From the NCBI GenBank assembly GCA_020628065.1, contig JAHDFR010000005.1:12397-76396 (forward strand): 64,000 nt of DNA, written 5' to 3'. This DNA comes from Acidimicrobiales bacterium (GTDB lineage: Bacteria; Actinomycetota; Acidimicrobiia; Acidimicrobiales; SZUA-35). Of this stretch, positions 63,605 through 64,000 are shown in pieces. Below the pieces are notes generated by a model that was given only the letters and a program-made list of their open reading frames with translations, did no database searches and was not told where the DNA came from. The translations under genes and the position numbers were made by a program. Numbering within the stretch: the first letter of the stretch is position 1; each line of letters starts with the position of its first letter.

Positions 63605-64000
63605 GTGCCACGCGCTGAGCTACATATCCATCTAAACCGCATCGGCGAAAACTACCGGGCGATTCAAGCCAGAGTCGGTTCGAACGTCGCTGCCGCGGCG
63701 ATGGTCAAGGCTGATGGCTACGGATTGGGTTCAGTCGAGGTTGTACGGACCTTGCGGGCTGTTGGTTGTCGTATGTTCTTCGTTGCTCGGTTGGACGAGG
63801 CGTTGGCCTTGGCCGACGTGGCTGCCGACTGCTCAATTCTGGTGCTGGATGGGCCGGACGAAACCGATGTTGACCAGTACGTGCCCAACGGTGTCTTTCC
63901 CGTCCTGAACAGTTGCGCCCAGCTGGAACTTTGGAGGCGTGAGGCAGGTGTGGTTGGGCAGGCTCTACCGGCTGTGCTCCACGTCGACACCGGGATGTCA
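63605..64000 (+). CDS. alr: Alanine racemase, N-terminal fragment (3' end outside window; not in the ORF track)
   Basis: My own translation from GTG 63605 gives ...NYRAIQARVG...AAMVKADGYGLG (PLP-lysine motif) ... LHVDTGMS, open to the window edge. It is in the same frame as, and just after, the aminotransferase stop. Confidence 0.75.
   Translation, partial: MPRAELHIHLNRIGENYRAIQARVGSNVAAAAMVKADGYGLGSVEVVRTLRAVGCRMFFVARLDEALALADVAADCSILVLDGPDETDVDQYVPNGVFPVLNSCAQLELWRREAGVVGQALPAVLHVDTGMS

Overview
High-GC, gene-dense chromosomal segment that reads as Actinomycetota core genome. The markers are a complete Pup-proteasome locus (mpa-dop-pup-prcB-prcA-pafA-pafB-pafC), a GarA-like FHA protein, a mycothiol-type DinB enzyme, HelY and a HelD-like ATPase. 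I call 62 protein-coding genes (two truncated by the window edges), one tRNA-Pro(GGG), one non-coding 13-bp x 6 tandem array and a few candidate regulatory sites. Gene order, left to right: (1) scpA'-scpB-rluB-aroH-tyrA-cmk-plsC, ispH(-), DUF512-der, PP2C phosphatase. (2) tRNA-Pro, small Zn-ribbon membrane protein, SRAP peptidase, DUF2079, CDP-alcohol phosphatidyltransferase. (3) gcvH, Zn-ribbon/FHA protein, DUF151, APH-like kinase(-), merR, GGDEF(-), ptrB. (4) The Pup-proteasome block. (5) An apparent lineage-specific insert: lepB with a ~320-aa disordered N-terminus, an RNase Sa-like/barstar-like pair, a degenerate GDPD-like gene and a Zn-ribbon protein. (6) tatB-tatC-helY. (7) A long co-directional metabolic block: citE-like, MaoC, AtuA/DUF1446, nitronate monooxygenase, HelD-like, PLP decarboxylase, double hotdog, PLP dehydratase, acyl-CoA dehydrogenase. 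(8) lysR(-) divergent from soxBDAG (sarcosine oxidase), rhodanese, nei, a small unknown protein, monomeric icd(-), HD-domain protein, class-III aminotransferase, alr'. I moved many ORF-track starts downstream to conserved N-termini or to ATGA/GTGA-type overlaps with the upstream stop codon. I found no transposase, integrase, CRISPR array or recognisable defence system. Most long antisense ORFs in the track are GC-rich shadow frames. I cannot point to a clearly novel system. The least explained signals are the 13-bp tandem array upstream of tatB, the PhnZ-like HD protein next to an aminotransferase, the RNA-polymerase-associated HelD-like gene packed tightly into a metabolic operon, and the GarA-like protein with an N-terminal zinc ribbon. 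All homology statements come from reading motifs by eye, not from database searches.
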